DNA of 63,415 bases, filler included, from Octopus bimaculoides (GCF_001194135.2; 6 parts of 5 records of this genome joined end to end with filler, not necessarily neighbours in it), one strand, 5' to 3'; counted from the whole stretch's first letter, positions 26,973-39,084 are shown. Notes: generated by a model not told the origin, from the letters alone. Made by a program: numbers and translations.

Positions 26973-28294
26973 TTATTTCATAAAATTGGCTATGCAGCCT
27001 CACAAAGATATGGCTGCGGGCTGGACAGTGACACAAATGAACAAAATGGATGGTGGAGGAAGCAGACAGAACAGTGACAACACCAGAGCACTACGAAACA
27101 TTTGTACAGTAAAACTATTCACGTTATTTGAAGTCTATGTCACACATTGCTATAGCAACAAAACGTCTTTTTTCTTTCGTTCTTTTAGGGAGAAGAAACC
27201 CTATTTTAATTTGACGCTCATCATAGTCTGTGAATTTCTTAAAGATAATGATACGAAACTAAATGTACTTAGTTTCACAATGTTGAATACTCTGTCGCGG
27301 ATAAAAGGCGGCCAGCNNNNNNNNNNNNNNNNNNNNNNNNNNNNNNNNNNNNNNNNNNNNNNNNNNNNNNNNNNNNNNNNNNNNNNNNNNNNNNNNNNNN
27401 NNNNNNNNNNNNNNNNNNNNNNNNNNNNNNNNNNNNNNNNNNNNNNNNNNNNNNNNNNNNNNNNNNNNNNNNNNNNNNNNNNNNNNNNNNNNNNNNNNNN
27501 NNNNNNNNNNNNNNNNNNNNNNNNNNNNNNNNNNNNNNNNNNNNNNNNNNNNNNNNNNNNNNNNNNNNNNNNNNNNNNNNNNNNNNNNNNNNNNNNNNNN
27601 NNNNNNNNNNNNNNNNNNNNNNNNNNNNNNNNNNNNNNNNNNNNNNNNNNNNNNNNNNNNNNNNNNNNNNNNNNNNNNNNNNNNNNNNNNNNNNNNNNNN
27701 NNNNNNNNNNNNNNNNNNNNNNNNNNNNNNNNNNNNNNNNNNNNNNNNNNNNNNNNNNNNNNNNNNNNNNNNNNNNNNNNNNNNNNNNNNNNNNNNNNNN
27801 NNNNNNNNNNNNNNNNNNNNNNNNNNNNNNNNNNNNNNNNNNNNNNNNNNNNNNNNNNNNNNNNNNNNNNNNNNNNNNNNNNNNNNNNNNNNNNNNNNNN
27901 NNNNNNNNNNNNNNNNNNNNNNNNNNNNNNNNNNNNNNNNNNNNNNNNNNNNNNNNNNNNNNNNNNNNNNNNNNNNNNNNNNNNNNNNNNNNNNNNNNNN
28001 NNNNNNNNNNNNNNNNNNNNNNNNNNNNNNNNNNNNNNNNNNNNNNNNNNNNNNNNNNNNNNNNNNNNNNNNNNNNNNNNNNNNNNNNNNNNNNNNNNNN
28101 NNNNNNNNNNNNNNNNNNNNNNNNNNNNNNNNNNNNNNNNNNNNNNNNNNNNNNNNNNNNNNNNNNNNNACTATACTATCTTATGTGAGACATTTCCGTA
28201 AGTATTAAACAATGAAAATAGTGAATGTTTTTAATTCTGTAGACGTTTGGTCTTTGGCGCGTCGATTCTTTGTCTTTTCTGTTTTATGAATGAG

Positions 28295-28460
28295 AGATGT
28301 CCTTGATTTGTGCGAGATTTGGCTGCTATTTCTAGCTATGGAAGGCAGATATCTATAATTTGTGGGAAGTTTGGCTGCTATTTCTAGCTATGGAAGGGAG
28401 ATATCTATAATTTGTGGGAGGTTTGGCTGCTATTTCTAGCTATGCAAGGGAGATGCCCTT
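28295..28460. repeat. About 52-bp minisatellite x3, diverged homologue of the 53-bp repeat
   Basis: Unit approximately agatttggctgctatttctagctatggaaggcagatatctataatttgtggg. It begins with the same gatgtccttgatttgtgcg motif as the 53-bp arrays. Confidence 0.85.
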
Positions 28461-28918
28461 TTTTGTGCAGAAAAGCTCATACACATAAGTTGGATGTTAC
28501 CCGATTTGAGAAAGATTTTTTTCAAATTATCTTGAACATTCATTTGAAAATGATGGGGGTGGGGGAAGCCTTTTATAAATCTGATTTCCACCCCCTTTTA
28601 CGACACCGAACACCTTTCCCTTAAATTTCTCCTATGGGTCATGAATATTGAATACTGTATTTGATGATGTAGACACAGATATGCAATGTTATAGAAATCG
28701 ACAGAATGGAATGTCTATAATCACAGATCTACTCAGAAGTGACTTGGATCGAAACAACATCAAATTATATTTCTGGAGGAAGCCCGATGCTAGTGACCAC
28801 CACTCTATGGTTTATTTTAAAGCTGTTACACAATGTGAAGGTGCCAGTATAGTTTACACATATGTAATCTTCACACAAGACCCTATGATGTAAATTTTGC
28901 TGAATTAAAATGTTAAGC

Positions 28919-29100
28919 TCATCATCATCTTTTAACGTACATTGTTTATGCTGGCATGGGTTGGATGGTTTGACCAGGGCTGGCAAACTGGGGAGCTGTA
29001 GCACACTCCTCTCTGATTTCTTATTCCTTCTGCAGTTGGATGCCTTTCCTTGTGGCAACCATTTCACAGTGCAAAGGATACTTTATAAGGCACTTCACAG
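28919..29100 (-). mobile_element. Interspersed repeat (probable SINE, family E) with (CAT)n end
   Basis: catcatcatcttttaacgt.cattgtttatgctggcatgggttggatggtttgac...tggatgcctttcc. The same start is seen at 23059-23116. The family assignment is from pattern recognition only. Confidence 0.55.
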
Positions 29101-29956
29101 GCACATAGTACCACACAGTTGCTTGAACATGGTGGTACTGCACATCTGCTTTCATGAGGAATGGTCACAAGTATTTTTTGCCACCTGTGGGATGNNNNNN
29201 NNNNNNNNNNNNNNNNNNNNNNNNNNNNNNNNNNNNNNNNNNNNNNNNNNNNNNNNNNNNNNNNNNNNNNNNNNNNNNNNNNNNNNNNNNNNNNNNNNNN
29301 NNNNNNNNNNNNNNNNNNNNNNNNNNNNNNNNNNNNNNNNNNNNNNNNNNNNNNNNNNNNNNNNNNNNNNNNNNNNNNNNNNNNNNNNNNNNNNNNNNNN
29401 NNNNNNNNNNNNNNNNNNNNNNNNNNNNNNNNNNNNNNNNNNNNNNNNNNNNNNNNNNNNNNNNNNNNNNNNNNNNNNNNNNNNNNNNNNNNNNNNNNNN
29501 NNNNNNNNNNNNNNNNNNNNNNNNNNNNNNNNNNNNNNNNNNNNNNNNNNNNNNNNNNNNNNNNNNNNNNNNNNNNNNNNNNNNNNNNATTGACATAACA
29601 GAAGAAACATCCTCAATATCTACCATGTTTTAAAGACTAAAAGAAAATATTATATGAAACAGATGTACCAGATTGTTTTTTACAAATCTTTGGCAGAATT
29701 CATGTGAAACATTTCCTCTGAAATAATATTATAAGCAAAATTTCTGAACATCACCAACTGGAGTGTCAAGAAGAGTAGCTTATGTGTTGATTAAATTTGC
29801 TAAACAAATGTAACACTGGACAGAAATACAACAGTAGAAGTGCATGTAAGGAATAAAGTATAAAAACAAAAGCAATAAAAATATATAAACTGGGATTTTA
29901 GAGGAAAAATAGTGGAAAAGAATGAGAAAAGTATACGATTGATTTCCCCTGAACCT

Positions 29957-31927
29957 ATGACAAAAGAGATGGGATCATTCGAATGTGATATCTGTACAAA
30001 GTTCTTCCTTCAAAAAGGTGACCTACTTAAGCACAAACGTATTCACAAAGGAGAGAAACTATATCATTGTGATATCTGTGGTAAATCATTCTCTTGTAGT
30101 AGTGGCCTTACTGTGCACAAACGTGTTCATACAGGAGAGAAACCATATCATTGTGATATCTGTGGTAAATCTTTCTCTCGAAATAGTCAAGTTACTGCGC
30201 ACAAACGTACTCATACAGGAGAGAGACCATATAACTGTGATATCTGTGGTAAATCATTCTCTCAAAATACTACCTTAAAGAAACACAAAAATATTCATAC
30301 AGGTGAGAAACCATATCACTGTGATATTTGTGGTAAATCATTCTCTTGCAGTAGTAAGTTATCTACACACAAAAGTGTTCATATAGGAGAGAAACCATAT
30401 CATTGTGATATCTGTGGTAAATCATTTTCTCGAAGTAGTAATGTTACTGCACACAAACGTACTCATACAGGAGAGAGACCATTTCACTGTGATGTCTGTG
30501 GTAAATCATTTCCTCAAAGAAATCATGTAACTGCACACAAACGTATTCATGGAGGAGAGAAACCATATCATTGTGATATCTGTGGTAAATCTTTCTCTAG
30601 TAATGGTTACTTAAATGTACACAGACGTATTCATACAGGAGAGACACCATATCATTGTGATATTTGTGGTAAACCATGCTCTTATGATAGTGCCTTAGCA
30701 AGACACCAACGTATTCATACAGGAGAGAAACCATATCATTGTGATATCTGTGGTAAATCATTCTCACAAAATACTCATTTATCTAAACACAAAAGTATTC
30801 ATACAGGAGAGAAACTATATTATTGTGATATCTGTGGTAAATCATTTTCTGGAAGTAGTAATGTTACTGCACACAAATGTACTCATACAGGAGAGAGACC
30901 ATTAAATTGTGATGTATGTGGTAAATCATTCTCTTGTAGTTTTCATTTATCTACACATATACGTAGTCATACAGGAGAGAAACCATACCATTGTGATATC
31001 TGTGGTAAATCATTCTCACAAAATACTCACTTATCTAAACACAAAAGTATTCATACAGGAGGGAAGCTATATCATTGTGATATCTGTGGTAAATCATTCT
31101 CTAGTACTGGTTACTTAAATGTACACAGATGTATTCATACAGGAGAGACACCATATCCTTGTGATATTTGTGGTAAATCATTCTGTAGTAATAGTTACTT
31201 AACTGTACACAAACGTATTCATACAGGAGAGAAACCGTATCATTGTGATATCTGTGGTAAATCATTCTCACAAAATACTCACTTATCTAAACACAAAGGT
31301 ATTCATACAGGAGAGAAACTATATCATTGTGATATCTGTGATAAATCATTCTCTAGTAATGGTTACTTAAATGTACACAGACGTATTCATACAGGAGAGA
31401 CACCATATCATTGTGATATTTGTGGTAAAGCATGCTCTAATAATAGTGCCTTAGCAACACACAAACGTATTCATACAGGAGAGAAACCATATCATTGTGA
31501 TATCTGTGGTAAATCATTTTCACAAATTCCTCACTTGTCTACACACAAAAATATTCATATAGGAGAGAAACCATATCATTGTGATATCTGTGGTAAATCA
31601 TTTTCTCGAAGTAGTTATGTTACTGCACACAAACGTACTCATACAGGCGAGAGACCATATAACTGTGATATCTGTGGTAAATCATTCTCACAAAATACTC
31701 ACTTATCTACACACAAAAGTATTCATAGAGGTGAGAAACCATATCGTTGTGATATTTGTGGTAAATCATTCTCTGATTGTAGTAATTTATGTGCACACAA
31801 ACGTATTCATACAGGAAAGAAACCTTACTGTAATATCATGGAGTCTGACGACATAGCTGAAGATGTAGTGGGTGGGGTGATGACATCACCTTCACTGAAG
31901 ACACACCCAGAGATGAGCCTGCTCTAG
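29957..31927 (+). CDS. Tandem C2H2 zinc-finger protein paralogue B, 22 fingers (656 aa from ATG 29957)
   Basis: Uninterrupted ORF with 22 CDxCxKxFxxxxxLxxHxxxH fingers and TGEKPY-type linkers, followed by a short non-finger tail. The track starts at GTG 29912, which aligns with the ATG of paralogue A. An upstream exon cannot be excluded. Confidence 0.95.
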   Translation: MTKEMGSFECDICTKFFLQKGDLLKHKRIHKGEKLYHCDICGKSFSCSSGLTVHKRVHTGEKPYHCDICGKSFSRNSQVTAHKRTHTGERPYNCDICGKSFSQNTTLKKHKNIHTGEKPYHCDICGKSFSCSSKLSTHKSVHIGEKPYHCDICGKSFSRSSNVTAHKRTHTGERPFHCDVCGKSFPQRNHVTAHKRIHGGEKPYHCDICGKSFSSNGYLNVHRRIHTGETPYHCDICGKPCSYDSALARHQRIHTGEKPYHCDICGKSFSQNTHLSKHKSIHTGEKLYYCDICGKSFSGSSNVTAHKCTHTGERPLNCDVCGKSFSCSFHLSTHIRSHTGEKPYHCDICGKSFSQNTHLSKHKSIHTGGKLYHCDICGKSFSSTGYLNVHRCIHTGETPYPCDICGKSFCSNSYLTVHKRIHTGEKPYHCDICGKSFSQNTHLSKHKGIHTGEKLYHCDICDKSFSSNGYLNVHRRIHTGETPYHCDICGKACSNNSALATHKRIHTGEKPYHCDICGKSFSQIPHLSTHKNIHIGEKPYHCDICGKSFSRSSYVTAHKRTHTGERPYNCDICGKSFSQNTHLSTHKSIHRGEKPYRCDICGKSFSDCSNLCAHKRIHTGKKPYCNIMESDDIAEDVVGGVMTSPSLKTHPEMSLL

Positions 31928-34445
31928 TCCTTCCTGTTGGTCATGGCTTTGTAGTCTGTTGCTGCTGTCAATGTCATGTCTTACATTGTTTATCCTATTC
32001 AGTATTTAGCAGCAATCATAATGTCAGCAGTTTTCATACCCAGTGTAAATCATCATAATACAGGTAACACTCTTCCAACATTCAGATGGTTTCCACTCCT
32101 CTCTATGTTAGCTATTTTCAACTACATCTTTAATCTTTATGCACTCCCACGATATTGACTTCGGCAATACATAAAATGTTTTTCTTAAAGAAAATGACAT
32201 AAAATATTGTGAAATTAAGCCTGAACACGCAGTGTACCAATGTTTATATTTACAAAATTGCAGACTCTGCACTTCTGATGTGTAAATTGTTTCTTAAAGA
32301 CATCATATAAATGTACCTTTTGTATGAATTATATCTGACAGCTATCTCTTGTTGGCCCCCTTTGTCTTTCATTGTATTCTGTGTTTAACCTTGAAAAGCT
32401 ATGAAATTGTGTTTTTGAGAGAAACGAATTTNNNNNNNNNNNNNNNNNNNNNNNNNNNNNNNNNNNNNNNNNNNNNNNNNNNNNNNNNNNNNNNNNNNNN
32501 NNNNNNNNNNNNNNNNNNNNNNNNNNNNNNNNNNNNNNNNNNNNNNNNNNNNNNNNNNNNNNNNNNNNNNNNNNNNNNNNNNNNNNNNNNNNNNNNNNNN
32601 NNNNNNNNNNNNNNNNNNNNNNNNNNNNNNNNNNNNNNNNNNNNNNNNNNNNNNNNNNNNNNNNNNNNNNNNNNNNNNNNNNNNNNNNNNNNNNNNNNNN
32701 NNNNNNNNNNNNNNNNNNNNNNNNNNNNNNNNNNNNNNNNNNNNNNNNNNNNNNNNNNNNNNNNNNNNNNNNNNNNNNNNNNNNNNNNNNNNNNNNNNNN
32801 NNNNNNNNNNNNNNNNNNNNNNNNNNNNNNNNNNNNNNNNNNNNNNNNNNNNNNNNNNNNNNNNNNNNNNNNNNNNNNNNNNNNNNNNNNNNNNNNNNNN
32901 NNNNNNNNNNNNNNNNNNNNNNNNNNNNNNNNNNNNNNNNNNNNNNNNNNNNNNNNNNNNNNNNNNNNNNNNNNNNNNNNNNNNNNNNNNNNNNNNNNNN
33001 NNNNNNNNNNNNNNNNNNNNNNNNNNNNNNNNNNNNNNNNNNNNNNNNNNNNNNNNNNNNNNNNNNNNNNNNNNNNNNNNNNNNNNNNNNNNNNNNNNNN
33101 NNNNNNNNNNNNNNNNNNNNNNNNNNNNNNNNNNNNNNNNNNNNNNNNNNNNNNNNNNNNNNNNNNNNNNNNNNNNNNNNNNNNNNNNNNNNNNNNNNNN
33201 NNNNNNNNNNNNNNNNNNNNNNNNNNNNNNNNNNNNNNNNNNNNNNNNNNNNNNNNNNNNNNNNNNNNNCTGTGTTTAACCTTGAAAAGCTATGAAATTG
33301 TGTTTTTGAGAGAAACGAATTTCACTTCCAAAATCTGCATCCCAAGGAGAAAATCATCGATGAATAATAATAATAATACAAAGGATAATCTCAAAGAGGA
33401 AGTCATCCATAGATAATAATAGAAGATATAATTTTCCAGAAGAAACAACTCAAGTTTTAAATCTCTTCACTATCACCTTCAAACTCCCTCGTTCTCTATC
33501 ACGTACAATTCCTGCTTTCTGATTTGGTAAAGATCATCAAACTGTAAACTTGTAACAATTTTCTAAACTTTTTGTGGAATAAATTAATCACAAACTGGGT
33601 TTCAGTGTGAAAAAGTCCATCAATGTAGCAAGTTTGAACATTTCCAGTTACTTTTGAACGTTAAAAATCTGTGAAGGCAGCAACAAATGCCTTTCTGTTT
33701 GTTTGTCTCTAATTTCTCACTTTCCTATTGATAAACTATATATTTACCTCTCTCTCTCTCTCTCTGTAATGTATATATATATATATAGTATATAAAGTAT
33801 ATCGTTGTGAGTGAATGTATATGTGTAAGGAATTTGATTAGAGCGACAGGGTTATTTAAAAATGCGATGTGAAAGTTAATTTATATTAATAGCATACTTT
33901 TCTCTGTCTCCTGGCGCAAATCAGTCATTTTTGTTGACAATATTTTAGTTAAAGCCACGGCTTGATTAGGTCTGTCCAGAGTTGTCTCCCTTCACTATTT
34001 TCCTTTTTTTTTTTTCATAGCTAGAAAGAGCTAGAAACATCGATGTCTGGATCATAGTTGAAAGTTGCTTCACAGAACTGTTGCAATTGCTCTTCCTTCT
34101 GCATTGTTGATCGTATTTCTTGTCAGACGTGCATACCTCTGTTCAGCACTTTTGTAATGCTCGCGCAGCACCAGTACGCAACTGGTTTTTGTTTTGACAC
34201 ACAACTCTTGTCTCATCAATTTCAGATGCCCTGGTTGCCATAGTGCACAGCCTGTTTCTTGCCGTACTTCACTTTTTTTCTCTCTCTTTCCATAGTCAGA
34301 GACATTATTTTGGATGACCTTAACACTGGCGGCTTTTGAACACCTTCCCTTCTAGGCATGTTTATTTACGGATACACAAACACACCAATGCAAAAGATTG
34401 CAAACAATGAAATTAATAATTTGTTTGCCATCAGAAATCGTTACA

Positions 34446-35259
34446 TTGTTCGAACATTCCACGCACCAAACCTCGTGGAATCCTTTGTCGAAAGCAGTAT
34501 CGGCCAACTAGCTTCCCTAGGGCTTTGACTATTCGGCGTCATAAAACATTTTTGACTCTGGAAACCTTTGGTTGGTAAATTAATACGACAAGACTTGTCA
34601 ACTATCAGTGTTTTCGTAATCAATTTGAAAATCTATTACACGGGTGATTAATCCATTCAACTTCACCATTCATCTGGGCCAGCTTTACCTGAGGACGAGG
34701 GGTTGGACTTTGAGAGAGTAAGTAATGTAAGGCGAGGACTGCTTTCCACCTGTTAAAAAAAGTATGGAGTGCAAGTGTAATTTCAATAAAGAACAAAGTA
34801 AGAATTTTTAACACTAACGTAAAAGCGGTGTTATTATATGGGGCTGAGACATAGCGAACAACAGTTAAGTCAAATAAGCAAATACAATCATTCATCAACA
34901 GATGCTTGCGTAGTATACTTAAAATCAGATGGCCCGAACACATTAGCAATATGGAGCTATGGCAAAGAATGAATCACGTTTCGATTAGGGAGCAAATATT
35001 TAAGAAAAAGTGGAAATGGATTGGTAGCACAATTAGAAAGGACACACCAAATGCAGCGGAAAGTGCTTTACAGTGGAATCCGGATGGATATAGAAAAAGG
35101 GGTAGGCCTAAGAACTCGTGGTGTAGATCAACACAAAAGGAACTAGAGAAAGGGAGACATTCATGGCAGAGTATAAATATGGAAGGGAAAAATTATGCGA
35201 CATGGAATTCAGTTAAAAGTGGCCTATACTCCGCTATGAAGGGTTAAAGACAAGAAAGA
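34446..35259 (+). mobile_element. RTE-clade LINE insertion with inverted 5' segment and 13-bp TSD
   Basis: 34446 to about 34712 (minus) holds a 5'UTR plus ORF start ending STRFGAWNVRTM. About 34713-35247 (plus) holds KARTAFHLLKKVW...FNTNVKAVLLYGAET...KWKWIG..ALQWNPDGYRKRGRPKNSW. The direct repeat AGAAATCGTTACA lies at 34433-34445 and 35260-35272. Confidence 0.9.
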
Positions 35260-35639
35260 AGAAATCGTTACAACGTTAAATGCTAGACAGAATCAAGAAG
35301 AGAATGATAGAGTAAGACATACATAGGTAGGGATATAAATAAAGAGATGGATGGATAGGTCGATCGAGATAGTGACAGAAATCCTTAGAAGAAAGACAAG
35401 GAAACGTAGCTGCAATGCGCAAAAAATTTATGAGGAACATGAAGAGAAAGATTTTCAAGCCAAAAATGTATAGGAAGCTGTGACTTTTATCTATTTTCTG
35501 TAGGAACCGAAAGAGAGAAAATGCAAATGAAATGAAATAGAAGTGGTTAAGATTATTCACATCAAGAATCTTGCACACCAAATACACTACGAAAAAAGAT
35601 TCAAGAAGAGTTATCTCTCTTAAATATTGAGGCAGGAGT

Positions 35640-35712
35640 AGGCACGCATGCGCATTGACTTTATTCCCTACGTCGCATCGATATCCGTCTCGAATGCCTT
35701 TCTGCAAGTATT
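35640..35712 (+). promoter_or_regulatory. Candidate promoter or first non-coding exon upstream of a ZNF duplication unit
   Basis: NRF1-like palindrome cacgcatgcgca at about 35643-35654 in a CpG-containing patch, and a possible donor caa|gtattt at about 35707. It lies directly upstream of sequence homologous to the ZNF upstream unit. Confidence 0.3.
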
Positions 35713-35769
35713 TCTCTTTGTCAGCTTATAATACTTATAAAACGTATTTATAATTTATTTCTCAACTAC

Positions 35770-36112
35770 CAGATACACACATATATAACGACACTATTCT
35801 TTATGAAACATTTCCGTAAGTATTAAACAATGAAAATATTCAATGTTTTTAATTTTGTATGTGTTCGGTTTTTGGCGCTGAATGAGAGATGTCCTATGAC
35901 CTCGATTTGTGCGGTATGTGCCTGCAAATTTCTATCTTTGGAAGGCAGATGTCCTTGATTTGTGCGGGATCTGCCTGCTAATTTCTATCTTTGGAAGGCA
36001 GATGTCCTTGATTTGTGCGGTATCTGCCTGTTAATTTCTATCTTTGGAAGGCAGATGTCCTTGATTTGTGCGGTATCTGCCTGCTAATTTCTATCCTTGA
36101 TTTGTACGGAAT
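35770..36112 (+). repeat. Third copy of the ZNF upstream unit including the 53-bp minisatellite (3 units plus partial)
   Basis: 35790-35900 aligns with 28170-28310. Units start at 35914, 35967, 36020 and 36073. 36020-36112 is identical to 22399-22491. Confidence 0.9.
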
Positions 36113-36756
36113 NNNNNNNNNNNNNNNNNNNNNNNNNNNNNNNNNNNNNNNNNNNNTTAATTAATTAANNNNNNNNNNNNNNNNNNNNNNNNNNNNNNNN
36201 NNNNNNNNNNNNATATATATGAGAAATTAAATCAATTTAATCTCAATCATAGTTCAGATAGCAGCAAATCTAATATGATCAGTAAGATTACTATTGGACA
36301 TCAAGTGCATTCGTTGATTAACAACATTTTTTACCTCTCAGACTTGTGAGAGGATCAACAGCAAATCAATTTAGTGTTTTGTTGCATATCCACGCTGGTA
36401 GGTAAATGATCTCCAGGAGAGTTCAACCTCTTTTTAAACAATATCAATAAAATAACTTTGGAAACACTAATTACAAAGATCATTTGTTGGGGTTGATATT
36501 AAGCCATATATTGTTTTCGAAGTATTGTAGTTGATTTAATTGACTCAGTACGTGACTCGTATTCGTGTTGTTAAACCCCAAGGATATATGATGCAAAGAC
36601 AACCTTCATCGAAGGAAACCGTAATGAAATATTGCGAGGCATTCATTTTAATGCACCGCCTTTAGTTTTTTTGTTTTTTTTTTCTCCTTCATTTTTATCT
36701 TCGTTTCTTCCTCCTTTTTCTTTCTCTTTCCACAAGTTGCAGTGACGTTGAGAATA

Positions 36757-36969
36757 ATCTTTACTGCTCTAGGCACAAGGCCCGAAATTTTGGGGGAGGG
36801 GACCAGTCGATTAGCTCGACCCCAGTATGCAACTGGTACTTAATTTATCGACCCCGAAAGAATGAAAGGTAAAGTCGACCTTGGCGGAATCTGAACTCAG
36901 AACGTAAAGGCAGACAAAATACCGCTATGCATTTCGCCCGGCGTGCTAACGTTTCAGCCAGCTCGCCGC
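36757..36969 (-). mobile_element. Full-length SINE family B
   Basis: Reverse complement gcggcgagctggctgaaacgttagcacgccgggcgaaatgc...gttctgagttcagattccgccaaggtcgac...aaatttcgggccttgtgcctagag. Confidence 0.92.
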
Positions 36970-37134
36970 GCTCGTGACGTTAAAAATAATGAAGTCCTTG
37001 TATGTGGCCGTCCGGCCTGCTAGAAACCACAGCCTACTTTTTTGAAAAAAGAACCCATTGAACAATGTAGTCCAAGGTAGATGGAAAGCAGCAATTTCCC
37101 CGGTCATGTACATTTTCAGTACCAAGTCACAATA

Positions 37135-37468
37135 AAGGCGCATGACTCAGTGGTTAGAGTATCGGGCCCACAATCATAAGGTAGTGAGTTCGACTCCCGG
37201 ATCGGGTTATTTGTTGTGTTCTTGAGCAAAACACTTTATTTCACGTTCTTCCAGTTCGCTCAGCTGTAGAACTGAGTTGCTACGTCAATAGTGTCAAGCC
37301 GTATCAGTCTTTGTCTTTCCCTTGGATAATATCGGTGGCAAGAAGAAGGGGAGCGTGGTATGCAGGGGCGACTGCTAGTCTTCCATAAACAGCCTTGCCT
37401 GGACTTGTGCCTTGAAGGGGAACTTTTTAGGTGCAAACTCATGATCATCCATGACCGAAGGGAGCTTT
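37135..37468 (+). mobile_element. tRNA-headed CORE-like SINE, family D
   Basis: ggcgcatgactcagtggttagagt (A box), gagttcgactccc (B box), gtgttcttgagcaaaacactttatttcacgttcttccagttcgctcagctgtag, then a distinct 3' body. Confidence 0.8.
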
Positions 37469-38865
37469 TAGCTTTTATAGCATTACATAAGATATCTGAT
37501 GCCCACCCAGGGTGTAGGTTTATGCAACTAACCAAGAGGGTCCTTTCATAATTGTATTCGAATTTTTAATTGTGCTCAAACACATAACTGTATTCAAATA
37601 GAGATGTAGGTCCTCAATTAAGTGACTTTGCTTCAAAGATCTCCTCGGTCATGCATTTTTCTACAATCAACACTCAGTGAAGTCATAGACATAGGTAAAA
37701 GAAGATAAGAAAACTACTACCTACCCATAGATTGTGTTCGTCTAGAACTGAAAATTCTTTGTAAATTGGAATCCTAAATAACAATGAGGTTCTCTTCTTA
37801 ACTGTCTCCAAACACAGACGTTTGTCTTCTGTAGCGTTGGATTCGTATCACAGCTAGAAAGTATACCCGAACGTACAGCTCCTGCAAATGCTTGTTGTTT
37901 TTGTGTTTTTTTAATGTTGTAGCGTTCTTTTTATTGTTGTTATTTTAGAATTTCGTATAGACAGTATTACAGCTGCTGCTGCTGTTCTTGCAATTATTTT
38001 CACATGTGTCTATATTAACGTTTTCGTTTGTGTTGACATTCTTCCTGTTAAAGTGGTGAATGAATTGATAATGTTACATTGGTAAACGTTCCCAATACGC
38101 AAAGCGTTTGAATTTTATTTACTTTCCAACGAAGTTAAAGTTGGTTACCAACTATTTTGAGACTCATCTTTCTCTTCTCGTCATCTCCACTATAGTCATA
38201 TTATTTACTTCTGCTTCTGCCGAGAAGACAAAAATAACTAACAAGCTACTATTTTATTCTTCTAAATATAGAAAGATTATAACAATAAAGCTCTCCTTCA
38301 ATACCGCCTTGTTATAACAGTAACAGAATACATTAAACAAATATGAAATTTCATTAAAGATATTAAATTTTGAAGGAGGGGTGTACGTGATCTAACTGAC
38401 CCAATAGTTGAGGGCTGTTTACTTTATCGACATAGGAAAGACAGAGTAAACAACAACAAGATTTGAACTCAGAATATAAAGTACGTAGCTGGATGTCACA
38501 TAGTATTTATTTTAGAATTTTAACATTGAGCTAATATTACAAGTGTTATCTGATTAATGATCAGAGTAAATAGTCATCTATTGAAACCAAATCGTATCCT
38601 ACGTTCGGTTCCTTTATTTATTCATTTATTTCATGTATATATACATATATATANNNNNNNNNNNNNNNNNNNNNNNNGTAAATCCCCAAAACGAAGAACA
38701 AACACAAGTTAAAACAACAACGCGAGGACTTGGTACATGCAAAGAATTAGCAGACGCTCAGGAAAGGAAAGAAAGGTGGTTTCTACGTTTCGAGCAAAGT
38801 TCTTCTTCAGAAATAGAGGTAAGTCCAAGAGAAAAGGAAGACGGAAGAAAAAAAATTATATATAT

Positions 38866-39084
38866 ATTCTTTTCTACTCTAGGAACAAGGCCCGAAACTT
38901 TGGGGGAGGGGGCCAGTCGATTAGATTGACCCCAGTACACAACTGATAATTAATTTATCAACCCCGAAAAGATGAAAGGCAAAGTCGACCTCGCCGGAAT
39001 TTGAACTCAAAACTGTAAAGACAGATGAAATACCTCTAAACATTTCGTCCAGCGTGCTAACGTTTCTGCCAGCTCGCCGCCTTA
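38866..39084 (-). mobile_element. Full-length SINE family B
   Basis: Complete reverse-complement copy from taaggcggcgagctggcag to cctagagtagaaaagaat. Confidence 0.92.

Noticed and set aside
29985-31856. Secondary ORFs (MISVVNHS...) overlapping the ZNF genes, also 24233-24532
   Set aside because: They are alternative-frame shadows of the 84-bp finger repeat.
32379-33322. 53-bp direct repeat (32379-32431 and 33270-33322) around a gap, as LTR or TSD
   Set aside because: The copies are exactly the two contig ends, which most likely overlap, making the gap spurious.
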